In this document: piece after piece, positions 8,647-16,837 of the stretch
Layout: the number at the start of each line of letters is the position of its first letter
Position numbering within the stretch: position 1 is the first letter of the stretch
From: Patescibacteria group bacterium
GTDB taxonomy: Bacteria; Patescibacteriota; Patescibacteriia; 2-01-FULL-39-33
Length of the DNA stretch: 32,000 bases
Direction of reading: 5' to 3'
Assembly (NCBI GenBank): GCA_041649575.1
Contig: JBAZMW010000002.1
Coordinates: 202,792 to 234,791 of the forward strand
Notes under the pieces: model-generated
Told to the model about the DNA's origin: nothing
What the model saw: the letters and a program-made list of their open reading frames with translations, nothing else
The model's database searches: none
Made by a program: the position numbers and the translations under genes

Positions 8647-9564
8647 TTAAGATCTTAGATATCTGCCCAAAGCCAGCGAACTGCTGATGATGTTTAAAAT
8701 CGTGATGCCCACCAGTTGCAGACCGAAAATTATCAAGAAATGTTCATTGAAATATTTCGTCACATCAAAATCAACGCCTTCAAAAAAACTGGCCAAATGC
8801 GGCTGCAGGAGCGCCAGAAAAGAATAAGTGACTATTATCGCCAGCAGACAAGCCAGGATGCCTGAAAAAATGTTTTCTAGGATAAACGGCGATCGCACAA
8901 ACCAATTACTGGCTCCAACCAGTTTCATAATGCCGACTTCGTTACGATGGGTAAAGATAGCGATGCGCACCGTATTAAAGACGATTAACGCGGCAATAAT
9001 CACAAAAATAATACTGATAACCAGTCCGCCCCGCCTGATATTATTGGCAATGGTATTAATTCGATTGATCACCAATTGATGGTCGTTGTAGTTTTTTTCC
9101 TCGACTAGTTCGCTGTAAGCGGGATTATCAATGGCTTTCAAAACCTCCGGATAGCTTTCCAGGTCTTTGGCTTTTATGATCAGTGTCGCCCCTAGTGGAT
9201 TGCCGGCCAGTTCGTCCAAGGTCTCTTTGATAACGGGGTCGTTTTCGTGCTTTGCTTTAAATTCTTTCAAATTGTCTTCTGGCGAATGATAAATAATTTC
9301 CTTGACTTGCGGCAGTGTCTCTAGATGATTTTTAACTTCGTTGATTTTGTCTTCCTTTACGTCGCGCTTGAAATAAACCGAAACATCGACTCTATCTTTG
9401 ACCGCCACAATCGCCGAATCGGAAATGGCGTTGATAATCACCAAAAAATTAATCGATAAAAAAGTCAAAGAAATAATAAAAATCGTGGCCAAGGAGAGCC
9501 AAATATTGCGCCAGAAAGACTGCAGGGCAAAAATAACGCTTCTTTTAATGGCTACTAAAAACAT
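8647..9564 (-). CDS. ftsX: Cell division ABC transporter permease FtsX
   Basis: Four-TM FtsX architecture with a large first extracytoplasmic loop. Immediately downstream of ftsE. Confidence 0.9.
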   Translation of the reverse strand: MFLVAIKRSVIFALQSFWRNIWLSLATIFIISLTFLSINFLVIINAISDSAIVAVKDRVDVSVYFKRDVKEDKINEVKNHLETLPQVKEIIYHSPEDNLKEFKAKHENDPVIKETLDELAGNPLGATLIIKAKDLESYPEVLKAIDNPAYSELVEEKNYNDHQLVINRINTIANNIRRGGLVISIIFVIIAALIVFNTVRIAIFTHRNEVGIMKLVGASNWFVRSPFILENIFSGILACLLAIIVTYSFLALLQPHLASFFEGVDFDVTKYFNEHFLIIFGLQLVGITILNIISSSLALGRYLRS

Positions 9565-9570
9565 ATTTTA

Positions 9571-10251
9571 TTAAATTATGTATTTGCCGACTTTTTGATC
9601 TTGAATTATCGACCCCTCCTCCAAAGTAATCACTCTTCTTTTCAGGGAGTTGACTATTTCTTTGTTGTGAGTGACCAAAACTATCGTGGTGCCGAATTCA
9701 TTAATTTTTATCAGTAAGTCGATAATATCTTTGGAATTGAGGGCGTCCAGGTTGCCAGTCGGCTCATCGGCCAGAAGAATTTTCGGCCGGTGCACCAGGG
9801 CCCTGGCGATAGCCACCCGCTGTCTCTCACCGCCAGACAGTTGGTGAGGATAGCGATTTCTTTTTTCTTCTAAATCCACTATTTTTAGAACTTGGGGCAC
9901 CACTTTGTTAATGCGGCTTTTGGTGCCGCCCGAGACCTGCAGGGCAAAAGCCACGTTTTCAAAAACAGTTTTTTTGGGCAATAATTTAAAATCCTGAAAA
10001 ACCACCCCGATTTGCCGCCTTAGCAAAGGAATCTGCCGATTTCTGATGTGAGTGATATCCCAGCCACCAATGATGATTTTGCCTTCGTCCGGAGCAATTT
10101 CGGCGATTAGCAACCTGACCACTGTGGTCTTGCCCGAGCCTGACTGACCGACAATCGAAACAAACTCCCCCGGCTCTATATGCAAATTGATGTTTTTTAG
10201 AGCCACGGTGTTGGGAGGAAATTTTTTGGTAACACTAGCTAAACGAATCAT
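9571..10251 (-). CDS. ftsE: Cell division ATP-binding protein FtsE
   Basis: Walker [10 protein letters not shown], signature [15 protein letters not shown], Walker [13 protein letters not shown]. Paired with ftsX. Confidence 0.9.
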   Translation of the reverse strand: MIRLASVTKKFPPNTVALKNINLHIEPGEFVSIVGQSGSGKTTVVRLLIAEIAPDEGKIIIGGWDITHIRNRQIPLLRRQIGVVFQDFKLLPKKTVFENVAFALQVSGGTKSRINKVVPQVLKIVDLEEKRNRYPHQLSGGERQRVAIARALVHRPKILLADEPTGNLDALNSKDIIDLLIKINEFGTTIVLVTHNKEIVNSLKRRVITLEEGSIIQDQKVGKYII

Positions 10252-11075
10252 AGTTCCTGAAAAGGGGTTATTTTCACTCTGATTAAGCCCAAGCCTGGTG
10301 CTGCCAGCTTGGCAAAAGCGTTTTTGGATAAATCAACAATCCGATTTTGACAAGTACCCATTTTTTTGATCTCTTGTTCGCTCCACTGGTTGCATTCTTT
10401 GGGGCCATAATCTTTTATAGTCACCACCACCTCTTTTTTATTATCCAGGTTGGTGACCTTGATTTTGGTGTTTTGGGCAAAATCCCGGCTGGCGGCTATT
10501 AGTTCATTGCGATATTTATTGTGAACATACCAAGAAGCGTTGCCTTCCAGAGCCGGCTCATTAAACACGGCCAGCATGATTGATTTTTTGGGCAAAACAA
10601 AAGAAAGAGTTTTGTTGATGGTGTCTCGGGAGGTTTCTATTTTTTTGAAAGAAAGTTCCGACCAGTCATAGTAATAAATTTCTTTATACTGGTTGTCTTC
10701 CTGGTAGCTAACGGTGACTGTCGGCTGTTTGCTAAAAGGATTTTCGGCGGCAGCAATAATTTTTATCGAATAGAGGTCGCTGGCCGGGATCAACTCTTGA
10801 GGATAGGAAAAAAATTGGTTGATCTCGTCTTTTTTTACCAAAACAGTCATTTTTATGAGCGTTCTTTCCGCGATCGACCCGGCGCTTAAATTTATGGCCA
10901 ATTCTCTAGCTGACGAAGTTAAGTTATAATTTTCATTTAGCGGATATTCAACCGACCTTAGATAAAAAAAATCGCTGGCCCGAGCCGGTGGGCTCGAAAA
11001 CAACAAAAGCGACGATGATAACAAAAAAAAGCCAGCCGCCAAAACAATTTTTTTATTAACCAAGGGTATTGTCAT
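10248..11075 (-). CDS. Secreted RlpA-like double-psi beta-barrel (DPBB) domain protein
   Basis: Signal peptide. C-terminal NASWY...IAASRDF...KIKVTNLDNKKEVVVTIKDYGP...RIVDLSKNAFAKLA matches the RlpA-like lytic transglycosylase fold signature. Overlaps the ftsE start by 4 nt. Confidence 0.7.
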   Translation of the reverse strand: MTIPLVNKKIVLAAGFFLLSSSLLLFSSPPARASDFFYLRSVEYPLNENYNLTSSARELAINLSAGSIAERTLIKMTVLVKKDEINQFFSYPQELIPASDLYSIKIIAAAENPFSKQPTVTVSYQEDNQYKEIYYYDWSELSFKKIETSRDTINKTLSFVLPKKSIMLAVFNEPALEGNASWYVHNKYRNELIAASRDFAQNTKIKVTNLDNKKEVVVTIKDYGPKECNQWSEQEIKKMGTCQNRIVDLSKNAFAKLAAPGLGLIRVKITPFQEL

Positions 11076-11154
11076 TTTTTTTAATTAAAGTTAAGATGAA
11101 TTATAATTACAGGCTGATTCTGCTGGCAGAAAAGTCTCCAGCGGCCCAAGCTAA

Positions 11155-11225
11155 GCGAGATTAGTTAAGCGGCTTAATGTCTCCTTCCCAAGGAGATGAG
11201 GCGGGTTCGACTCCCGCATCTCGCT
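11155..11225 (+). tRNA. tRNA-Gly (anticodon CCC)
   Basis: Cloverleaf GCGAGAU-UA-GUUA-AGCGGCU-UAAU-G-UCUCC-UUCCCAA-GGAGA-UGAG-GCGGG-UUCGACU-CCCGC-AUCUCGC-U. Confidence 0.9.
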
Positions 11226-11243
11226 CTGCAGCTCAAGCTGTCT

Positions 11244-11428
11244 GCCGACCTAGCTCAATTGGTAGAGCAACGGTATCGTAAACCCAGTTAAATTTATGCC
11301 TATGTAGCTCAATTGGTAGAGCAACGGTATCGTAAACCGTAGGTTGTCGGTTCGATTCCGACCATAGGCTCAAATAAATATTTAGCAGGGTAAACCGCAG
11401 GTTGTGGGTTCGATTCCCACGGTCGGCT
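11244..11428 (+). pseudogene. Outer tRNA-Thr(CGU) copy, split in the anticodon loop by a 112-nt insert (pseudogene or intron-like nested gene)
   Basis: The 5' part 11244-11284 and 3' part 11390-11428 join into a perfect 73-nt cloverleaf with acceptor GCCGACC/GGUCGGC. GTAAACC is directly repeated at both junctions. Confidence 0.6.
11298..11370 (+). tRNA. tRNA-Thr (anticodon CGU), intact inner copy
   Basis: GCCUAUG-UA-GCUC-AAUUGGUA-GAGC-A-ACGGU-AUCGUAA-ACCGU-AGGUU-GUCGG-UUCGAUU-CCGAC-CAUAGGC-U, 73 nt. Confidence 0.9.
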
Positions 11429-11438
11429 TTGGCTGGTA

Positions 11439-12551
11439 TTATTTTATAAATTTCTTGATTTTCGCCCCGTCTAGCAATTCTTTGATATACTCATCCACAT
11501 CAACTCTAATCAATACTTGTCGTGCCTTAACGCTCTCTTTACCATTGTCTGGATTAATCATCTTTTGTTCCACCTTTACCACATGATAACCTAGCCGATT
11601 TTTGATGACTTTTTCATAAACAGCGCCTGCTGGTAAAGAAAAGAGGGCTGTTTCTAACTCTGGCGACACCTCGCCTTTTACTATCCAGCCCATTTCGCCG
11701 CCGGTATAAACACCCAGTTCGTCCTCGGTAAACTTTTGGGCTAATTTCTCAAAATCAACCTGCGGCTTCAGGGCTTCGACCAATATTTCATTGGCTCTGT
11801 TTTTTGCTTTCTGGTTAATTTTTAAACTCTCATCTTGAGTGATTGCTTCTTGCAAATTCTCCCTGGCTACCACAAAAGCCAATATTTTGTCTTTGAAATT
11901 TTGTAAATCCAGGCCATAAAGATCTTTGATTAATTTGTTGGCTTGCTGCTGGCTACCGGCCTGTTTGACAAAATCTTTTATGCGGCTGGTTAGCTCTTGA
12001 TCAGTGACGCTCCTGTTATACCTCGACAATTCTCTGTCAATCAACTTTCCCGCCGCCAGCCGATAAAAAACTTTTTCTCGAAGGCTTTGGCCATAGACAA
12101 AAGATCCGTCGATGCCTTCTCTTTGTTTGGTTAAAGCTAGATTTAGCGATTTTAAATCATCCCAATAATCGGCTAGGCCGATTGCTTCCCTGTTTACCGT
12201 TCCGGCCGGCAGGTTAATAATTCTGGCCAGCTGGTAACTGAATTTATCTTGCCAACCGAACCGATAAGCGCCCCAGATATCGGCCAAACCCACTATTATA
12301 AGAACCAGGATAAAAATGATAAATAATTTCAAAAAAACAAAATTTTTGGGTGGCTGTTGATTCCGGCCGTCTTTTTTGGACACAAACTTGCTAGGATCTT
12401 TGGCCAAAGCCATTAAAACCAAACGGCTCAAGCTTTTTGATTTTTTGGGCTTCAAGTTGGCCGGCTTTTTGCTGGTTTTATTTATTTCTTCCAAAACATA
12501 GCCCTTAAGCTCTTCTTTTCTATTGGTTGCGTGGGTTTTTTTTCTGGTCAT
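11439..12551 (-). CDS. Membrane-anchored peptidyl-prolyl cis-trans isomerase, parvulin (PpiC/PrsA/SurA-like) family
   Basis: N-terminal TM helix. C-terminal rotamase signature GGEMGWIVKGEVSPELETALFSLPAGAVYEKVIKNRLGYHVVKV. Confidence 0.8.
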   Translation of the reverse strand: MTRKKTHATNRKEELKGYVLEEINKTSKKPANLKPKKSKSLSRLVLMALAKDPSKFVSKKDGRNQQPPKNFVFLKLFIIFILVLIIVGLADIWGAYRFGWQDKFSYQLARIINLPAGTVNREAIGLADYWDDLKSLNLALTKQREGIDGSFVYGQSLREKVFYRLAAGKLIDRELSRYNRSVTDQELTSRIKDFVKQAGSQQQANKLIKDLYGLDLQNFKDKILAFVVARENLQEAITQDESLKINQKAKNRANEILVEALKPQVDFEKLAQKFTEDELGVYTGGEMGWIVKGEVSPELETALFSLPAGAVYEKVIKNRLGYHVVKVEQKMINPDNGKESVKARQVLIRVDVDEYIKELLDGAKIKKFIK

Positions 12552-12973
12552 TTTTTATTATTTTTAAAAAAATATTGCCACCATTTTTGAGGATTGCTTT
12601 GTTCTTGGCCCGATCCGCGCTCAATGATTGTTTTATTTGGCAGTTCAATTTTTTGCTCGGCGGTAGTTTTTTCATCATGAAGAACCAAAACCACCTTTTC
12701 CCCGGATTTTTGCAGACCCAGTTTTAATCTGGCCTCTTTTTCCAGTTGATTTTCTTCGGACCAATTGGCGATAGAATTGCTGATTTGGCCTTTCTCTCTT
12801 TCTAATTGCTCAATTTGATTTTCCAAATCGCCTATTTGTTTGTCCAGTCGATAACGATTTACTGCCTCTTTTACCAAGCCAATCAAAAACAACAATAATA
12901 AAATCAAACTAACGGCAATTACCGTCTTGCGGCTAAAAATCCGTTTCTTGTTTTTTTTGAGCTCTGACATCAA
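12548..12973 (-). CDS. Septum formation initiator (FtsB/DivIC family)
   Basis: Single TM helix, coiled coil (IGDLENQIEQLEREKGQI) and the EKEARLKLGLQKSGEKVV motif typical of FtsB/DivIC. Confidence 0.75.
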   Translation of the reverse strand: MMSELKKNKKRIFSRKTVIAVSLILLLLFLIGLVKEAVNRYRLDKQIGDLENQIEQLEREKGQISNSIANWSEENQLEKEARLKLGLQKSGEKVVLVLHDEKTTAEQKIELPNKTIIERGSGQEQSNPQKWWQYFFKNNKK

Positions 12974-12993
12974 TATTATAACACAAGATTTAT

Positions 12994-13578
12994 TTATTCG
13001 GCAATCAACTTATCAAATTCTTCCGCTCCTAATTTTGATTTGATTTTTTCCAAATCCTTGAAAGCGTCCTGACTTTGCTTTATGGCCTCTTCCTGCTGGA
13101 GTAAAATCGCCGTCACCACCAGTTCCGGTTTTTTGACTGATGGGATTTTAAACTTGATCCTTTTGCTGCCCAGCAGGCTGAAATAAATATCCCCCTGATG
13201 GAATAAATAATTTTTAATACCTTTTTTCCGGCAACTGACGTTTTCAACCTTATCGTACAAAATCGGCGATATTTGCCGATTCATCAAGCCCCTTTGATCA
13301 ATATCAATCATTCGAATATTGGTCAAAATAAAAGCGTTAAAAAAATGCAACCAATAAATTCTCAAAAATAAAAAGACGGCCAGAACAATTAAGATGGCAA
13401 AAATCGTGATTCCCAGTTTGCCCTGCCTAAACAAAGGGTAGAGCAGAAAAAAGTCAAAAATTACCAAGAACGCGGCCAAAGTCAACGGCCAAAACCAAAA
13501 CCAATAGGAACGTCTGATGATTTTGTTGATTTTTTCACTTTCGAGTAAATCAAAACCCCAGGGTAAACGTTTAGGCAT
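12994..13578 (-). CDS. Membrane protein with two TM helices and a C-terminal PH-like (YdbS/T-type) domain, function unknown
   Basis: Hydrophobic hairpin followed by a ~90-aa soluble domain. Overlaps the ATPase gene end by 8 nt, so likely co-transcribed. Confidence 0.6.
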   Translation of the reverse strand: MPKRLPWGFDLLESEKINKIIRRSYWFWFWPLTLAAFLVIFDFFLLYPLFRQGKLGITIFAILIVLAVFLFLRIYWLHFFNAFILTNIRMIDIDQRGLMNRQISPILYDKVENVSCRKKGIKNYLFHQGDIYFSLLGSKRIKFKIPSVKKPELVVTAILLQQEEAIKQSQDAFKDLEKIKSKLGAEEFDKLIAE

Positions 13579-16246
13579 ATTTTATTTTTTTAACATCTTT
13601 TTTAAGAATAAAATAATGTTTCACTCCCTCAATCATTAGTATTCCCACCAGCGCCAAAACGATTACTACCAGCCATTCCCAATAACCCAGAGCGACTGTG
13701 TGAAAAATTCGTTGCAGCCAGGGCAGATAGACAACCAAAAGCAAAGTTGCAAAAGAGACAAAAATGGCGCCGAGTAAAAATTTATTTTTGAAAGGATTTT
13801 GGGTGAAGATAGAGTGCCTCAAACTCCTGACGCTGAAAGCGTAAAGCAAAGAATCACAACCCAAGGCGACGAAAATAACAGTCCTAATATAATCCAAATC
13901 AAAAGACAATTTTAGCAGAATTAGAAACAACCCGAGCAGCATTAAGTCGGTAATAATGCCGATAACAAAAATTATAATTTTCATTTCTCGGTTTAAGATT
14001 GGTTCCTTTCTGTTTAGTGGCGCTTCTTGCATCACTCCCGGCTCGCCCTTTTCCATGGTCATGGCAATATTGGGCAAGCCGTCATTAATTAAATTGATCC
14101 ACAAAATTTGCGTTGCCAGTATCGGCATCGGCAAACCCAAAAGCAAGCTGGCTGAGACCAGAATAATTTCTGAAAAACTGTCGCATAACAAGTAAAGGAT
14201 CACCTTGCGAATATTGTCAAAAATTATTCTGCCTTGTTCTACCGCCGCCACGATAACTTTAAAATTATTATCCAAAAGAATGATGTCGGCGGTTTCTTTG
14301 GTCACATCGGTGCCGTCTCCCAAAGAAATACCAATATCGGCCGCCTTCAAGGCCGGGGCGTCGTTAACGCCGTCGCCGGTCATGGCCACCACCTCGCCTT
14401 TAGCCTGCCAGGCATTGACAATTCTCAGCTTATGCCGCGGTTCAACTCGGGCGTAAATATCAATTTCTTTTATGTTTTTTATTAACTCCTTATCGCTCCA
14501 GCGGTCCAAGTCTTCGCCGTCAACAACCTTGTGATTGTTTTTGATCCCCAATTCCTCAAAAATTGCCCTGGCCGTCAGACGGTGGTCGCCAGTAACAATA
14601 ATCGGCCTGATGCCCGCTTGGTGGCAGAGACGCATTGCCTCTCTGGCTTCCGGCCTTAGCGGATCCTTTAGCGCGACAAAACCCAAAAAAACCAAATCTT
14701 TCAAAGCGGTTTCCAGACCAGAAAAACTTTTGTCGGTCTTATAAGCCAAGGCCAGTAAACGCAAACCCTTTTGGGTCAATTTTTCGTATTTGTTTTTCAG
14801 ATAATCTAGTTGCTTTTTGTCCAGAGTTTTCTCGCCGTCATCGACCAAAATTTGTCCGCAAAACTGCAGAATTTTTTCCGGAGCCCCTTTGGCGAAAATA
14901 TACTGGCGATTTTCATCCCGATGCTGATGCAAAGTGGCCATGTATTTTTTCTCCGAATCAAAGGGGATCTCGGCTAGCTTTAGATATTCTTGATCAAGTT
15001 TCTTTTTGTCCAGCCCCGATTCGATGGCGGCAACAAGCAAGGCCTTCTCCGTCGGATCGCCAATGATTTTCAGTTCTTCCAGTCCGGCGTCGGGATTTTC
15101 GATAACCGCGCTACTGCACAAAACAAAAGTTTTGGAAATCAAATCATGAATCTTTTCCAGTTTAGCTTCCCGGTTTTTTTGCAAAACCAAGTATTCTCTT
15201 TCGGCAGTGATAATTTTGGACACCTGCATCTTTCCTTCGGTGAGTGTGCCGGTTTTGTCGGTACAAATTATGGAAACGCTGCCCAGGGTCTCGGCGGCCA
15301 GAAGCTTTCTTACCAGAGCTTGTCGTTTCAAAATAAACTGCATCCCTATGGTCAAAATAATGGTAATGGCCACTATCAAACCTTCGGGAATTGCCGCCAC
15401 CGCCAAGGCGACGGCCGTGACAAAAATTTCTATCGGTTCTCTCCGGTTAATAATCCCGATAATGAAAATAAAAACGCATAAAATTCCAATGCCAATAGTT
15501 AAGGCCCTGGTAAACCCGCTTAGCTGTTTTTGCAGTGGCGTTTTTTCTTCCTTGGTTTCTTTGATCAGTTTGGTGATTTTGCCAATTTCTGTGTTTATGC
15601 CGGTAGCGCAGACCACCGCTTGGCCCCGGCCCCTGGCTGTTATGGTTCCCATATAAACCATATTTTCCCTGTCGCCCAAAATCGTGCCTTTATCCAAGAG
15701 CTGATCTGTTTTTGAAGAAGGATCTGCTTCACCGGTGAGACTGGCCTCGACCAGCGCCAAATTCTCGGCCAAAATCACTCTGGCATCGGCCGGCACCTTA
15801 TCGCCGGCTTTTAACAAAATCACATCGCCTCTAACCAGCTCCGTTGAATCCAGTTCTATTATCCGGCCATCTCTCTTTACCCTGGCTTGCTGCCGGACCA
15901 TTTTTTTCAGATGGCTAATCGCCCTGTCGGCCTTGTTCTCCTGCCAGAAACCGAACGATGTATTTATTAAAACAGCAAAAAAAATCACTCCCGCATCGGT
16001 AAAATGGCTTAAAAGCAAAGAAATCACCCCGGCGGCCAACAAAATATAAACCATGGGTGATTTGAGCTGGTTCAACAGAATAATAGCCCAGGAAAGCGAC
16101 GTTTCCGGCGGCAATTCGTTTTTTTTATAAATTTTTTGTCTCTCTAAAGCTTCTTTGGTGGTCAGGCCGTGCTCTGAAGTTTTCAAAAATTTAAAGCACT
16201 GCTTGATTTCCAAAGCATGCCAAAGCTTTTCTGTTTTTGGAGGCAT
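13571..16246 (-). CDS. Cation-translocating P-type ATPase (type II, Ca2+/SERCA-PMCA-like)
   Basis: DKTGTLT phosphorylation motif, TGES-like LTGEA, TGDGVNDAPALK hinge, N-terminal Cation_ATPase_N-like segment, 10 predicted TM helices. Confidence 0.9.
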   Translation of the reverse strand: MPPKTEKLWHALEIKQCFKFLKTSEHGLTTKEALERQKIYKKNELPPETSLSWAIILLNQLKSPMVYILLAAGVISLLLSHFTDAGVIFFAVLINTSFGFWQENKADRAISHLKKMVRQQARVKRDGRIIELDSTELVRGDVILLKAGDKVPADARVILAENLALVEASLTGEADPSSKTDQLLDKGTILGDRENMVYMGTITARGRGQAVVCATGINTEIGKITKLIKETKEEKTPLQKQLSGFTRALTIGIGILCVFIFIIGIINRREPIEIFVTAVALAVAAIPEGLIVAITIILTIGMQFILKRQALVRKLLAAETLGSVSIICTDKTGTLTEGKMQVSKIITAEREYLVLQKNREAKLEKIHDLISKTFVLCSSAVIENPDAGLEELKIIGDPTEKALLVAAIESGLDKKKLDQEYLKLAEIPFDSEKKYMATLHQHRDENRQYIFAKGAPEKILQFCGQILVDDGEKTLDKKQLDYLKNKYEKLTQKGLRLLALAYKTDKSFSGLETALKDLVFLGFVALKDPLRPEAREAMRLCHQAGIRPIIVTGDHRLTARAIFEELGIKNNHKVVDGEDLDRWSDKELIKNIKEIDIYARVEPRHKLRIVNAWQAKGEVVAMTGDGVNDAPALKAADIGISLGDGTDVTKETADIILLDNNFKVIVAAVEQGRIIFDNIRKVILYLLCDSFSEIILVSASLLLGLPMPILATQILWINLINDGLPNIAMTMEKGEPGVMQEAPLNRKEPILNREMKIIIFVIGIITDLMLLGLFLILLKLSFDLDYIRTVIFVALGCDSLLYAFSVRSLRHSIFTQNPFKNKFLLGAIFVSFATLLLVVYLPWLQRIFHTVALGYWEWLVVIVLALVGILMIEGVKHYFILKKDVKKIKYA

Positions 16247-16353
16247 AACTAAAGTCTAATTCCATCTTTATTATAACATAAAATCAACGCCATAACATTA
16301 TTATTGCCAAATCGGTTGTTTTTTGCTAAAATATTTTAGTTGATTCTTGATTA

Positions 16354-16400
16354 GGGGCGTTAGCTTCCGCCTTGGCTCGGCGAGACAGGCAGCTGGTAGA
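16354..16400 (+). pseudogene. Decayed tRNA-Lys 5' fragment carrying a 24-nt insertion
   Basis: GGGGCGTTAGCT (16354-16365) and CAGCTGGTAGA (16390-16400) equal nt 1-12 and 13-23 of the downstream tRNA-Lys. They are separated by TCCGCCTTGGCTCGGCGAGACAGG. No anticodon or T arm follows. Confidence 0.45.
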
Positions 16401-16435
16401 AATGAGAATAATTTGTGATAGACAACTAAATATTG

Positions 16436-16508
16436 GGGGCGTTAGCTCAGCTGGTAGAGCAACAGCCTTTTAAGCTGATGGTCACAGGTTCGAATCCTGT
16501 ACGCCCCA
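16436..16508 (+). tRNA. tRNA-Lys (anticodon UUU)
   Basis: GGGGCGU-UA-GCUC-AGCUGGUA-GAGC-A-ACAGC-CUUUUAA-GCUGA-UGGUC-ACAGG-UUCGAAU-CCUGU-ACGCCCC-A. Confidence 0.9.
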
Positions 16509-16516
16509 TTAATTTT

Positions 16517-16546
16517 AAAACAGGAACCAGGGTTCCTGTTTTAAAA
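16517..16546 (+). terminator. Intrinsic terminator after tRNA-Lys
   Basis: AAAACAGGAAC-cagg-GUUCCUGUUUU followed by AAAAUU. Perfect palindrome with a U run. Confidence 0.75.
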
Positions 16547-16622
16547 TTACCTGAATATTTTACTTCTCAAAAAAATTGAAATTGGCTGCTCTTTCAGTGT
16601 ATAAACTGTTAAAAAATAGTGT

Positions 16623-16651
16623 TTGCTAAAACATCCTTTATTGGCTAAAAT
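16623..16651 (+). promoter_or_regulatory. Sigma70-type promoter upstream of dnaB
   Basis: TTGCTA (16623-16628), 17 nt, TAAAAT (16646-16651). A second candidate upstream is TTGAAA 16576-16581, 18 nt, TATAAA 16600-16605. Confidence 0.5.
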
Positions 16652-16672
16652 ACACTCGTTAACTTTTAGCCG

Positions 16673-16834
16673 ATGAACCCCCTTAAAAACCTGCTTTTAG
16701 ATCACCAAATTTTTGACAAAAAATTACGGCCGAAAACGGCTGCTAATTTAAATTACGAAGATTATTACTCCAAAAGACTAAGGACCATTAGACGGGAGCG
16801 TCTACCCAACCCTTCAGAATATTTAAATTATTAG
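16673..16834 (+). CDS. Candidate 53-aa ORF immediately upstream of dnaB (not in the ORF track)
   Basis: ATG 16673 to TAG 16834, MNPLKNLLLDHQIFDKKLRPKTAANLNYEDYYSKRLRTIRRERLPNPSEYLNY. Ends 3 nt before the dnaB ATG. No SD and no family recognised. Confidence 0.3.
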   Translation: MNPLKNLLLDHQIFDKKLRPKTAANLNYEDYYSKRLRTIRRERLPNPSEYLNY

Positions 16835-16837
16835 GCT

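Noticed and set aside
13956-16049. Series of + strand ORFs (79-163 aa) listed in the ORF track inside the P-type ATPase gene
   Set aside because: They lie entirely antisense to a 891-aa gene with unambiguous P-type ATPase motifs, have odd low-complexity composition and no start context. These are typical shadow ORFs.
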